From: Raillietiella orientalis
Taxonomy: Eukaryota
Reading direction: 5' to 3'
NCBI GenBank assembly: GCA_036172245.1
Contig: JAYWIR010000017.1
Coordinates: forward strand, 620,001-684,000
Length of the DNA stretch: 64,000 nt
In this document: piece after piece, positions 1-14,000 of the stretch
Layout: the number at the start of each line of letters is the position of its first letter
Numbering within the stretch: the first letter of the stretch is position 1
The notes under the pieces: model-generated
The model's input: only the letters and a program-made list of their open reading frames with translations
What the model was told of the DNA's origin: nothing
Databases searched by the model: none
Position numbers and translations under genes: made by a program

Positions 1-206
1 CGCAGGAAGAGGAGCTTTCAAACGTCTCTGGCGTTGCCGCCGGGTTCGCGGCAAAGCGTCCCCAAAAGGACCGGAGGGCAACACAGTCGACTAGGAGGTG
101 CTGGCGGCATTCCCACTTCTCGCACTTCTCGCACAGTTTGGATCCATACACACTCGCGTTTAATGATGCCGGCGGGCGTGCACGAGAAGCCTCACCCAGT
201 GCAGAA

Positions 207-560
207 GGTTGCGGCACTGATAGTAGCCCGAAATCGGATGCCCCCGTTGACTGGCCGGGATTGGAAGTTGGCCCTCCGGGGTCCATCCAGGAACCAAAGA
301 GCCAGTTCTCTTCGGGATTCCCTTCTGGTTGTGAAAACCAGCCGTCCCCCTCGGAGGCGATCCTGCATCTCGTACCATGGACATAGGATCCAGAGTGTGA
401 AGTGCGCTGCTCCTTTGGGAAAGTGCCCTCCAGAGAAAACTGGATGCGTCCCTTCGCGGTTTTCTTCAGAGGAGGAAACAAAGGGCAGTTCCCTTGCGGG
501 TTCGCTCTGAGAAGAAATTCCAGGAGCGGATCCTTTACGAGTTCTCTTTGGGGAGGAAAT
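207..560 (+). mobile_element. SINE-like repeat copy 1, internal fragment truncated at both ends
   Basis: Shares ACTGGCCGGGATTGGAAGTTGGCCCT with copy 4 and GGTTGCGGCACTG...CGGATGCCCCCG with the reverse complement of copy 5. Its 3' part matches the reverse complement of about 7130-7260. Boundaries are approximate. Confidence 0.8.
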
Positions 561-3500
561 GATCCTGTTTCAACTGTGTTATATGCCACTGTTCACTGGA
601 AGGAAATAGTGTTCACGTTAAAGCTGTACGAGTGTGAATGTGCACTGTCCCGTTCCGTGCTTGCCAACAAAGTCTCCAGCCTTCATTGCTGTCTCTGCAG
701 CCGTCACCATAGAACACTGAGTAGATTCAGTGACTTTCAACGTAGAATTTTGATCTTCGAAAGAAAGTGTTGATCCTTTCGTTCGAAGAATGCAGTGATG
801 AAAACGATCTCCAGAACGACCCTCAGACTCGATGCATAGAAAAGACTTCATCATCTTTTGAGAAAGAGTTGATTGCTTGAGATTGTAAAAGATCTCAATG
901 TAAAAACATGCAGAGTTTGAGCTGTGCAAATCCCCCCAGAGAAGATAGCTTTAGCAGCCATTGGAAGAACGTGACTCGAATTCCCCTTGGAGGAAATCAT
1001 GGAAGAGCTGCAGCCAGAGGACATGGCAATCGGCAGGAAATGCTGGAAGAGAAGGGAACCATTCATCTGGACGATTCTGTGGACGCCCTGAAGTTTTTCT
1101 GGGACTGACGACGGTGGAGGAAAATGAAAATCCGGTCTATCTCGCACCTACAGCATAAGAAGACATTCTTCACTCAAGAACCTCACTCTGAGGGTTTCTA
1201 GACAGCAAGCTGAAGATCGTGCGAATAAGATTTCCAGTTTCCTTTGAAACACAAGAAGAACATTCAAAGACAATGATGTGAGCGCAGGAAGAGTCCTTCC
1301 CCGAAGGTTCCCCGAAAACGCTGCGGCATTCTTATTTTCTAAGAAGGAGAAGCAAAGAAGCCATCCTGTCTGTCTCCAGAACGGGTCCGTTTCGACATGC
1401 TACCTGTTCCTTTACCCTCAACAACTTTAGGAGCACTCCTGCATCGGTGCTTTGCGTCTTCTACTCCCGAACGTGCTGCTCGATCCAGTACGCCTGGATA
1501 CGAAACACGGATCGCGCGTTGAACCTCATTTGGACGTTTCCCGCTAAGAAATGCACTTGGCTGTATCTCCGCACGTTCCATCAGGTATCTGCGTGTATCA
1601 GTCATGCGCTCCGCTGGGCAGCAAGACGGAATGCAGAGCAGCATCCTCATCAGAGCAGTTGGGACGCCCGGATCCTCGAGGTGACCAGCGCGGATTCCGA
1701 GGGACGATCCGTCCTCAGCCGGGGAAATTCCAGAGCAACCCTTCTTTCTGCGGCATCCTCAAAGTTGCCGTGTCCGAGTCGGTGTGGGCGTAGCCGAATT
1801 TCCCGACCGCATCGGGTCAGAAGGGAAGTCCCGTACGGGTGGGGAGACAGACCATCGCATTAGCAGCAGTTCATCTCGAATGCTCCCTCTACAATTAGAA
1901 AATGGTTCGTGCTCTCAAAAGAAAGGTACAGAGACGACAATCTGACTTCTCGGGAGCACGATTTGTCGGTTAGCCTTCCAGCTTCCAAGTGGTGCACTCA
2001 GAATTCGTTCGCCAAAAAAAAAAATTCAGAGAAAAAAAAAATCGTTCGTCTGAAGTCAGTGGGAGCTAATGACTTGCGTCCTGATTCGCCTCACTATCAA
2101 GGCAGCGGCAATCTTTGTTTCACCCGCCTCCCAACCGGTCCATCTCTCATCTCCTGTCCCGCAAGTTTGATGGCTTCTCTCCTCTCTCCGCGACACTGAA
2201 GTTGCCATCACAACCCCGTGCATGAAGGGTGCTGGTTCCATCGTTGCCGCAGGAGAAGGACTTCCGGAAAGGACAAAGCTCTTGACACACCTCGTGCGCA
2301 TGCTTTCTCTCCCGAGGCACTGCGTAAAGTTTTCGTACGGGATTACGGTATGTATGTTCTGCTAAAGCAGGTACAGTACGAAAACATACATACAGTTGCA
2401 CATACTGCTGCACAAACAGAAATTTCCTCTTTTCCTACATGGACATTCAGTTTATTTCGAAATTTCTTTAAGGAACCTCTGCACTGACTGCCAAAGAAAG
2501 TTGAGAATTTGAAAGATGCCCAGTCATTAGTCAGCTTTGATTTTTTTTCCCATTTAACCATCGCAGGGTATTCGAACGAAGTGCCTTTGCTATAATTTAG
2601 AACATGCTGGATTTCATCTCTGTCCCCAGAATACAGGCAGAAGCTCTCTGTGTCAAAAAACTGATGCGATTTCCTTTTTGCTCTCCGTCTGCTTAACACT
2701 TGCAAAAGTCCCGGGAGTTGGTTTCCTTAGAGAGTTTGCTGCAGTGACCCTTCTGTCCAAAATTTTCTTCTGGGGTTTATGGAGTCGCAAGTGGAGCATC
2801 CTTTTCAATTAACACCATCCCTAAGCTAGGAAGAAAAGAATGAGTTTCATTTTAAACAGTTGGTCATTCTCACATGCTTGTCATGAGCGCGCGTCATTGA
2901 GCTTTCATTTGAGTCTTGAAACTCGCTTCTCTGTTCCCTCGTATCACCCTTTCCAGGTGGAATGCTTTCTCCTGGGCAAACTGTGCTGGAACAGCTTGCA
3001 ACTTTCTGAGACAATCCACGTGCTGGTGGAATCACAACTTGGACGTACCTGGGTATCTCCAACTGTCGCTCTTGCGAGAAACGTTTTAGGGTTGTATTTC
3101 ATATCGACCAGCACTTGATCAAATGGAACGCATGGAGAAAATCTATTTATCTTAGTGATAATTACTTCACTCCATTCAATCTCCATAAGCAACATTACAT
3201 TATAATTGTTTTTCTATTTACTTGTAGCTTCATCCACACACTTGGGTAACCGAGGTTTAACAAATTTTGCATTTGCGTGCCAGCAAAAAAAAAGAAAACA
3301 CACAAATCTAATATTTTTAAGCCACCCTGAGGATAATTACTCTGAACCACCACTTGCTTGAATCCCCTTGTTTCCCGAGATTCGATGCGGAGAAGCATTC
3401 AGAGTTGAAAACTTCTTCAAATCTCACCTTTCATCAGGGTACATTCGCAAATGCGTTGGCGTGCAGCTGCAAAGTTGTGGCATCTTTTGGTTTTTCGGAG

Positions 3501-4920
3501 GTGGAAAGATCCGATGAAACCCTGGACTTGTCTTTTCCATCCTCCTCTCATTTACCTATTCAGTACGCACGCGTGCCCAAACGATGTCTGTGCACCTTCA
3601 TCCTTTGCAACCACTGTCGGATTCTTCTTCTTTGTGGCTGGGAGAGTTCTTTAATAGTTTCTGAAAATGATGAACGTGAGCAGATACGAGGTCCCTTAAA
3701 AAATCAGTTGCGGAGATGTTTTCAAATGTGCTCACGTTGCACTTCGACAGCACCAGAGAAGCGGTGAACAGCTCAAAGAGCACAATCACGAGAGAATTAC
3801 TATAAATGCTTCTCGTATCCAGAAAGTTCTCGGACTAAAGGAGAAGAATCTCCTGAGATTTATGAATCCCGAACGGACGCTGGATCTTTGCGAAGAGATT
3901 AGGAGTTCCGTTTAGTCACGAAAACGCAGAGTAATATGGTCAGATCAACGTTTTATCTTTACGGTGTATCTGTGAGCTGGATCGAATGAAGCAAAGAAAA
4001 AGCAAGAAAACAAATGAGATTGATATCTGAAGATGGAAAAAAGGGGAGAGAATCGCAGCATGCCATAAGGGGTAGGGGGTGATGGAAATTTGTGACCGGG
4101 TACGCGGAGTTCCTTTCAGATAGGGAACAAATTTGCGTAAATGGAAGTCACGAGGAGGCATTTCGGTTGATTTTTCTTTCTTCCCTCCATAACCATTCCC
4201 CCAGATCATGCTCAACAACACTGCAAAAATCGTGCTGTGTAGCAGAAAAAACTCTTTGGCATGAGAGGATCTACAAAGGTCAAGCCTTGCTGCTTCGCAA
4301 CGATGCTAAACAAGGAAAAGATGCGAAGCGGTAGTCCCATGAAGGGCAGGAATAGATTTCCAACATAAAATCGCAGATGTGGAAGCAAGGAAATCAGTGG
4401 AGCTGAATTCCCAAGCTATGTTTTCCCCTTTCGTCAAACGGCAAGAGTATTTTAAAAGAAAAACCGTGGTGATAGCTGTCCAGGTACCCTCCATATGCAT
4501 ATAAATAGAAAAGCACACAAATACATATAAAGAAAATCATGAAAGTCCTCCTAGTAATTTGTGCTCTTCGTGTGACTTGTGAATATCTTTCTTTGCTTTA
4601 GAGATTTTCAATGCATTCCCTCCCTCTCTCGCTTCGCATGCTGCATTTTCAGCTTCATTTTTTCGTGAGTTTCTTCATCTTCGTAAACGCTGGCTTTGCG
4701 GGGAGGCTGTCTTCTGCCATGTGCTCTGCTAGAATCACCTTGCTTTGGGAAACTTCGCCTCTGTAAGCAGCATGATGTAGGAGTTAAGGTGGAGCGATGG
4801 GGAATTTTCTATCAGTATGAGGATATAACCAATCACGTTGCTTATCTTATTAATATATCCTCAATAAATCATAGGTCTCATAAATTATCTCCAAGAGCAA
4901 AACCTTCAGCAGTTTTTCTT

Positions 4921-4948
4921 GGGGGATGCAGGGGGGTGAGGGGGGGGG
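4921..4948 (+). other. G-rich tract, possible G-quadruplex
   Basis: G5-ATGCA-G6-TGA-G9. Confidence 0.4.
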
Positions 4949-6931
4949 AACCCTGAAATAATCACAAAAACTTTTTGTCTATTTGAAATTTAGGAATGGA
5001 AGACGTTAGGATGCGTTGTCTGTCCATGTATCCAGGATGGAGATGTAGCCGTCAATGTGCGGCATTCTAGAAAGCATTTGCATGTGATCAATGACAGAAT
5101 CAGCCATATTTGTCTGTTACGTAACGTATGGGTCATCTTAATGTAAAGTTGAACTGAAAACTCAGTGATTCATTCTGTTCTTGGCCTCGTCAATTTTCTG
5201 CTAAACTAGCCAATGAATTCTTTTGTCCATGGTTTAACAACCAAGTTACTTTCACCTGACTTGATCGCTGGAGTTGTTCGGAAGACCTATTCGGGATTGC
5301 TCGAGCATTGTCCGAAAGAAAATCTTATCTTTGTCACTGAGAATTTTCCTTCCACCTCGGTGCCATCACACACCAGGTTGTTGGCATGAGCCTTTCGGAG
5401 GATGCTTTATAGCTAGATGTAGCTGCTCAACCTGACTGTTGGATAATATTTGACCGAAAAACAACGTTCTTTGATATCCCTCTATTAGGAGTGTATGTGA
5501 AAGGGATGCTCGCGAGGAACCTCCAAACAAAGAAAAAAAGTAACCGTAAACTGTGCAGGATGCAGAGAAGTGGAATCCGTTCCGAGCATGCTAGTAGATT
5601 GTGTTGCCTCCCAGAGCGGATGGGCGTCTTTCGATAGCGCTCCAGCTTCAGTTCAGCAGCTCCAGAATGTGTTGAGGTGCCTTTTTGTGCCTCAGGAATC
5701 GCAACCCTTTGCTACTACACAGTCGAGGCATAGGCGAAGTGCTGCTGAAAGACAGCACGACAATCCCGTCCCTTCAATGATCTGCTTTTTGAGGGTAGCG
5801 AAATGGACCCAACTGGAAGCTATGGAGGAAGGGGTTGCCAGGATCGTGCACAGGACACAGAGCAAGCCAGAGTACACTAGTGATCCCTCCACCCGAAAGC
5901 GAGGATTACACACAGATAGCTGTTTTTTTTTTTTTCTATTTGCTTTGGTACATTCCCTCTATTCCCGATAACCTCACAAAGCAGCTGCTGGTCGAGCAGC
6001 AACCTCCTTGGTTTTTCAGACTTTTATAGGACTTCGACTTCTGCGTTCTCTTTCTTTTCCTATATTTGATGAAATTCTCACGCCCTGATGTACCCGAGTG
6101 GGAACAAAAGATATGCTCATGGAGAGCACTCTTCTATTTTGGTAGATGAGCTCCCTTTCCAGATGAACAAGTGGGAACACCCTTTTCAAAGGAGTGACCC
6201 GCTCCCTCAGTGGCGTTTATTGTGAAATGATACCTTTATATATAAACTGCCAAAATCTGTATATAAAGTCCTTCGTACATAGAGGAATTGCAATCCCACC
6301 ACGTCGGTAACAGTTCCTGGGGCGTTAACTGCTTGGGAGTAGCTTGCTGACAAAGGTTCTCACAGGGAAAATAAGGATGAAGAGCTCAAATAACAAAAAA
6401 AAGGATTGTTTTTAGAAGATGATGGGGTTAAAGGGATGTATCACTGAGAACTCCCTGGAGTTCTCAGCATTTTATCTAGGATGCAAACAAGTTCCAGTTT
6501 ATTTCGATGGAGGTGCAGCCATCTTGTAGTCCTCAAAAGGAAACAGACGATCACGGTAACGTCCTTTTGCTTCTCGGACTTTCTGCGTAGCTCCTGGCAG
6601 CCAAGACTCAGCGAAGGCAGCAGAAAGCTGCAATTGCAGCCGCAGGTGGCATCGTGCTACATGTTCAGAGGTGCTTTAAGACGTCCTGGGGATTGTCCCT
6701 TGCGGATTGAAGGGCGATAGCGAGGTGCACCCTACGCCACCCTTCCATGGCCTTCGTGTCTTGCAGATCTGCAGCTCGGGAGTTCAATTGCGTTGAAGAA
6801 GAGTGCTGCCCCGTCTAAAATGGCAAGAAGCTCTGTTTCTCTGCTTTCCTTCTAGATGTTGTTGTTTTTTTTCGGGTTTTCGGTTTGCAAAATGCTAAAG
6901 AAACGTTCGCCTAGGGGCTCGTGGAACTCTT

Positions 6932-7657
6932 TAGCATTGTCCACGCCACCGAGGTTGCGTGTAGTAACTCTTCGAGTTAGGGTGTGCCAGGAGAGGAAAC
7001 CACCCTATGAATCCAGGAAGACTCCGGAGGAAAGAGTTCGTTCCCCTCACACTCGGGAGGAAAACCCGAAGGAAACCACCTCTTCCTTATTCTCTCCGGA
7101 AGGACCCTCCGAAGGGGACTCTCCTCGTTTCTTTTGCAAAGGGAAACCGGAAAGGATGCACTCCTGGAATTTCTTCTCCGGAGGGAACCCGCAAGGGAAC
7201 CGCTCCTTGCTTCCTCCTCTGAGGAGAACCTCGAAGGAACGCTTCCCGATTTCTCTGCATTTCTCGAAGCGAGCGCGCTTCTTAACATTCTGGAGAGACA
7301 ACTGCCTTAGGGAAGTACCAACCAGCTCCATGGTACGCGATGGAGGGCCCCCCTTCGAGGGGACGGCTGCATTTTCGGACCGAACCCTCAAAGGAACCAG
7401 TTCCTTGGTTCCTGGAAGGACCCCAGAGGGTCAACTTCCAATCCCAACCAGTCAAGATAAGCATCCGGTTTCCGCACATGAAGCCTATAAGGTCAAGCAG
7501 CGTCATCCTGCATCGACAAGAAACACATCAGCGTCATCTGCAAGGCACTCGGAACCCATAACGCACCCATTTCTCGGCGTCGACATGGGGATTCAAACCC
7601 GCAATGCTTGGTACCACGCGCGGAGAAACCGCAGCACACGGCCGCCAACGCGGGCCG
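6932..7657 (-). mobile_element. tRNA-derived SINE-like repeat copy 2, near full length
   Basis: Minus strand begins GGCCGTGTGCTGCGG...TTGCGGGTTTGAATCCCCA (A/B-box-like), continues through the shared body and internal repeat array, and ends CCTCGGTGGCGTGGAC like the other copies. Confidence 0.88.
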
Positions 7658-10600
7658 CAGGAGGGAGGAGCTCTGCGTGCACAGCGTGTGTCCGCAGGGC
7701 GCAGAGTAGGTGCCTCCGGTGTGATCGTGAGCAGCTTTGCGACAGCTTCCCGAACTTTGGGATTGGGAAACAGTCCTTTTTTGTACTTTTGCAGGAGTTC
7801 ACGGGAGTCGTGAGCGACTACTGGATCAGTGTTTCGAGACAAACCCACTGGGTCTACTCTTCACTTAGGAATCGCTCCGATAAGGCAATTTTTGAGCACC
7901 ACAAGAAGCCCTTTGATTAGCCTGAATGCCACTTTCCGATGATCCGTGTGTACTGTTATTGGAAATCTCTTCTCCATTTTTCGCCTTCGATCTCTCTCTT
8001 CTTTCAAATCTCAGTTTTCAAGATGCATAGATAACGTTTGCTGTTTTATCTTCCAAATTTTTCTTGCAATTCTCCGTAATGCAGAAGAAGGGAACTTATG
8101 GAACCTAGTCCGCATGGTGAGTTCTTTTATCTTGCTCCCACGTCTTTGTGTGACACTGACGGAATATGCACACAGGCGTTTCGTGGCAACCAAGTACTCA
8201 TCATTGACCGCCGTGTTGATTACTTGGCTTTCTCAAAGCTTTTTCTTTCTCCATGGAAACTCTTCCCGTGAATCTAAGCTTGCAAAAGCTCAAATCACAT
8301 CTTCCTAGTGGTTTGTTTCCTTCTTTTGGACAAACAGAGGCGCTTCACGCAACGTTGATCAGGAAGCTTCTTTTAAGTGAGCACAAAATCTGACCTTCTT
8401 CTCGTGTCTTCCTGGAAATCAGTGCAAACATCGCATCGAGTGTAAGGGACAGCTCTTGCACTGTTTCGCTAATGCAGCAGAAGAGACAGACCGCTTTTGG
8501 CCACATTGAATTGTTTGGAAGTGTGGCACCTTTTGGCACACAAGCAGAAGAATAGAACTTTAAAAAAATTATTCTTTTTTCATAGATACAGAAATGGAAG
8601 CGGGTGTTTCAGAAAAGAAAAGAAAATCCTGAAACCTATATGCTTCTGCCTTATGGACATTTCTGATGTAAGGATAGAAGTCATCTTTCCACGAAGGAAG
8701 CACCCTCCACTTCAAGGACTCGAGGAGCAGGAATTCTTGGAATTTGTCGACCATTCATCTGCGTCGAGAAAAGATTTCTATTTTCCCAGAAGCTGATTTG
8801 GTGCAGATATTTCGAGAGCTAGAGATTCCGAGAAGGATTGACTGAGGAAACGAGGGATTGTGGGACGGTCCTGAGAAGGAAGGAAAGAGAGGTTTCAATA
8901 ACCTTTCTCCATCCTTTGATGTTTTCTCAGACTGTGGTTCCTGAACCGAGCTTGGAGAGCAGATCCGCGTATTTTGTGCCGCCAGCAGCAGATTCCTGGC
9001 GGAGACTTCCCTTGTGGAAAGAGGAGCGAGTGAGAAGCCTGCGCTTGCCGAAACAACTCCGCAGAGTCTTCGCCACTCGCCACTGGGGATTTCAGTGCGA
9101 TGAACGATTCAGCGATAGGTTTCCAAGTGAACACACAAGAAGAAGCTACTTTAATCGGATGCTCACAAAGAGTCAGGAGCAGAATTCGTCTTTGAGCAAG
9201 TCCTCTGGAGCAGACATGATGGCATTACGCTCAAAATCCGTTAGCGCTGAGAGCAATCATTAGCATCCTTTGCCGGTTGCGAGAGCACGAGGAGGAGGAT
9301 TACTTTAGGAAGAGAATGAAAGCATCCCGAAGCGCCTTTGTATTGTTGTTCGCCATATGCTGGCAATAATGAGTCAGGAGGCGGGCAATTACACGCCTTC
9401 CACAGTGTGCACTGACGTGTTAATCGAAACAGCCGCGTTGTATGGCGCGCTTCCTAGATGAGTCAAAACATCAAGTCGTGACGCAACGGAGAAAAAGATG
9501 GAAAAGGTCATTAGGTTGCTCTGGGTGTGCTTATTAAGGGACGAAACCCAATTTTCTGCCTCCACACAAAGTGTCCTGCATTCTGTCAGCAGTCCGCTCG
9601 CCCATTATTCGCCGAAAAGGACGCTGATCGAGTTTGACACGAGCCTCACATAAATCGAAGTTGGGGCGCGGTTGGCACTCTTTCCTTTTTGGCTGGGCAG
9701 TTCGAGCAGACTGTTGCTCCCACACGTGGTCTAAGTGGAGCTTCTGGTTTTGCAGCTTGACAACTGGATGGGATGGCCCTTTGTCATGAAGAATCTGGTA
9801 ATTCTTCCCAACAGATTCGCTTCGGGAAAGCTAAAGCTCGTCACACCCGCTCCTCTGGACCTGTACTTTACCAGGAAGAGATTCGCAAAGACCGGTGTTT
9901 GTTTTCGACGCTCTCCTTTAAATTTCCGGAAACCCCTCGGAGCTGTTGCCAGCATCTTTCGAGAACGCATCTCTTGTTATCTTTCTCCTCCCTCAACGTT
10001 TGCATCAGATTCGCGCCTCCGAGGAGAAACCACAAACTGCTACCATAATGATGGAACCGTCTCTCTTAGAAGAACGTGTTTCGTTAGATTGAAATGAAAC
10101 GATGCTTTCATGCAGCTGACAGCTGTTTGTCAGGAGGACCGTCAGTATAATGACCTTCTATTTTGAAATCCCTATTTTTATTTTTTTTTCCAACCCCAAA
10201 CAATATAGAAATCTGCGTTTTATGGGCACAAAAATTCTCATATGGAAGGAGGGAATGGTTTTGAAAGGGGAGAGCCAATCTTTATGCAAACAAATAGGAA
10301 AGCATGTGGGTGAAATAATGCACTTTTCCCTCTTGTTGCTTAGTGGAATAATTGATTCCAGGAGGATGCAAAGAAAGAAGCTTTCCAAAAGTTCCAGGAA
10401 AAAAAGAGAGAGATAAAAATTGATTTGGCAGTTTTGGAATCCGAAAGAGGAAAATTTCCTCTGCTGAAGAAGCTGAGGATTGGTTTCCCTCCGTAAACTC
10501 GAGGAAACAACAGAAAACGCAAGAGATGTTTTTCTGTTTTGCATCCTCTTCAAGGAACAAATTCGATCTGAAGATTTCCAAATAGCAATCTTAGAAGTAT

Positions 10601-13600
10601 CTGGGATGTTTCAGCCTGGAAGATTGTTTCTGAAAGCACATCAGCTGGCTTTTGATCATCACGAGCAAACCTGAAGTGCAGATTGGTGCTGTTCCAGGAT
10701 GGCCGTAGCCTTTTGAGGGGTTCGCAACGCGTGCAGATCTTTAGGAGAAAGAATTCAGGGGAAAGACCAAATGACGTTCGCGGAGCTTTTCCATTTTTTC
10801 TCAATCGTCATTTCTGATTAGCAATCAAAAGCGATTTCTCTCTTTGCTGTTCTGAGAGTCCTCCTATGGTTACGAAGCGAAAGTTTTTATTCATAACAAA
10901 TGTATCTGTCCATTAAAGGAAGGCCCAAATAAGAAGAGGAAAAAACAAAGAACCGAACGAAACAAATCCCGGAAACAAAATCATTTGTCCAGCATCAGTC
11001 CTTCCTGAAAATTTAAGAAAAATTGATGCTATCGTGTTTTGTTGAAACGAAATGCGAAATGGAGAAAGAGTCCACATAATGAAAGATGACTTTTATCCAA
11101 GCGTTCAAAGAACGAAGATGAAAGACGCGTGTGTCTCACGCGCTCGACACTAAGAAGGTTCAGTATAAACATGCGGACAGCTTCGTGGAGGTGCCATCAA
11201 TAGATTGATTATGTTATGTAATCTTCTGGAAGAAAGCGGGAAGTTCTGCCTGAAAAGCGTGGAGAAGTGAAATGATAATAGAAAAAAGCTTTGGGAAGAC
11301 ACTGATTTGCAATAGAAACACGCTTCTCAGAGCTCGTCATGTTCCAATGAATTCCACAGCCTTCCATAAGGCCTTCGATCGTTTAGAGATTCTAATATAG
11401 AGCCACATGTGTTTTGAAAGCTACTAGATAGCTCGCTTAATTGAATCTTTGCTCGTTCTTTTCCAGTTTTCTTTTTTGTTTCTCTTCAATTTCTGGAGAA
11501 TTTTAGGAAAGATTAACATGCGTAGCTCTATTGATACCAGATTCTGTTCTCTTCTTACCTCTCTCCGTTTACTCCTTTGAAGCAGATCATCGGAAAGGCA
11601 AGTGGGAAATATAAACATCGATCCTGATCCTCTCACGAGTCGATGATGAGATTCTTTCTAGAAATTCCAAAAGATGTACTGTTTCTCTTCGAACAATCTT
11701 TCTAAGGAACTACTAGGATCGAGAAATAGAAAGTAATTTTCTTCCCACGAAATGAAAGTTTTCCCAAGAATTTTTGTTTCGTTTTGATTTTGCATGCCGT
11801 TTCCCGGAAGTGCTGCTGATCTTAGAATTCAAATTCATGCAAGTCTAGAGAATCGACAAGGTGAAGCAACCAGGTTCCTCTCGAATTTTCGATCCAGAGA
11901 TGAGATTGATAACGTGGAAAGAGGAGAAACAGAGAATCCTGCAGTACTGAATACGTTTGTAATGCGTTTGTAAAATTTTAAACTTTTGTCACATGCAAAA
12001 CGAGCTTGAGGAGGAAAAAAAAAGGAAAGGTGTTGTGAACACTACGGTAAGACTTTCGGGCGCAAGAGTGGACCTTCTCATTGGCAGAAGAACGAATGTG
12101 AGCTGAATTCAAAATTCTAATGCCAGAATCGCATCCTTTGTGGTGAAATATTGGCCCACAGAGAAGAGACGATGAATGCAAGCTGATCCAACAGATCCAT
12201 CATCATAATAGAGCACTTCCACGCTTTCTCCTATCCAAAGTGGGTGAAAATACTGCAGTCCCAATCGCACTGCTGGAGGGGAAAAAAAGCACGTTCTCCC
12301 ACTTGTCTTCCTTCCTAGACAGGCCAAATGGATTCGAGGAAGGACGCTCGAGCTTTCGTTTTCGTGGAAGGACGCGAGCGAAACGCAAACGTGCGAGGAC
12401 ACACAAAAGAAAGGATAGAGCGCAGTAGACGCGTGTGCAACGCAAAGTGGGAGACCTCGAGGACAAAATGTAGACCTATTCGTGGTGTCCGAAGAGGCAC
12501 CTCCCCCTCATTCAAACCTTTCTCTGCGACTACTGCAGCAAAGGAAATATTAACTTTTCTTCGCTTGGTCAAATCCACTCTTGGGAGGACATGCTTAATG
12601 TTTAAAAACTGGGAACCCTGCGTGTCTACACCCAAAACCCCATTTGTTCCGATGGGGCGAATGGAGAATGAATCTTGGGGATTATTCGCCTGGCCAACGA
12701 CCACAAAAGTCTTTTTCCAGAAAATGAATTATGAGCAAGCAAACGTCGAGTCGGAAGCAAACACAGAGGAAATCACTATCTGTGAAGTTCCCTAAGAGTT
12801 GCGAGGCTATTCCTTTAGGTCAGACTCTGTTTCTTCCACAATTGCTCCAAATTTACTATTTAAGAAAACAAATGGTGTTCCTGCATAAAGGGTGATAGAT
12901 AGTGTATTATTATCATTATCATTATTATTTGGGAACACTGTGTTGCTCTGAAAAATTTTAAAGTGTTTTTACGTAATTTTTCCGGTGCCAAAGCTTGTGA
13001 TCCTGACAGTTTTATTCATCCTTTCCTGATTATGCAACTACTAAACTCTCCTCAACAGGTTGATGGTGGTGAAAAGGAGAAGTAGAAGGAGTCAGTATAT
13101 GGATGTTAAGTTAGGAATTGAATTAATAATTCGCTTCCAACCAAACTCTGACTGACCGATTATACCAGTAGGTGTACCTATTATAGAAAAGTTCTCAGTC
13201 ATATACTTTCAGAATGACACCAGATAATTTCGAGTTTGCTAAGCGTCTTGTGATCATCTGAAAAACGAGATAAAACCTCCCCAGAGTTCTGACTTTGGAA
13301 GAATAGCGCCCCAGTAGCTATTCATTCAAAGCAGGGAAATGTATTAATAATGCAGATTAAAGTAAGGGTTAACCGTAAGGGATCATAGGGTTTTCCGACT
13401 ACTGAATGATGGCCAAGGACCTATTCCTCAGTTTGCCCATCATTGCAATCCATACACCTCTTCTCACCAATACGCAACGAAGTGTTCGGAAACACTGTTC
13501 TCGAAAAGATGACTAAAACACTCTACCTAATCAGTTTTTATTAATAAAATCATGAGGTGAATTCAGGAATGTAATGATTTGAATCGGGTTACGTGACGTT

Positions 13601-13909
13601 GTAGTGAATGCGCAAATGTCGAAATCTCTTCATCATCATCATTGATTATTGGGGCGCTGTTGTTTACGAATGTATTAGTTTCTGCTACATCTAATAGAAT
13701 TCAGTCGTAGCTCATGTGCCAATTTTGTAAAAACAGTGGTACAAGTTGCAGGTGCAGCATAGTTATGTCAAGAACGTTAAAAGTGATCAGCAACTGCTGC
13801 AGAGACGTTCCGAATGCAGAGTCAATCACTGTGCAAGCGGTCATCATCAAGCAGAATATTTGAACACAAAGCTCTCTCGTTTTAGTACAAAATTTATATT
13901 AGAGCACAG

Positions 13910-14000
13910 ATTCTATAAAGCAGATGCTTTATTTTTCTATTCACTTGTATTCTATAAAGCAGATGGTTCGTTTCTGTTCATTTCATGGTTCATTTCATGG
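13910..14000 (+). repeat. Short degenerate tandem duplications
   Basis: ATTCTATAAAGCAGATG occurs twice 39 nt apart, followed by GTTCATTTCATG twice. Confidence 0.75.

Noticed and set aside
6856..7920. 354-aa ORF, the longest in the track, and similar ORFs at 34-510, 49757-50386, 52723-53103 and 60617-61093
   Set aside because: All overlap SINE copies, fall on either strand in frames that are not conserved between copies, and show no recognisable domain. They are best explained by stop-poor GC-rich repeat sequence.
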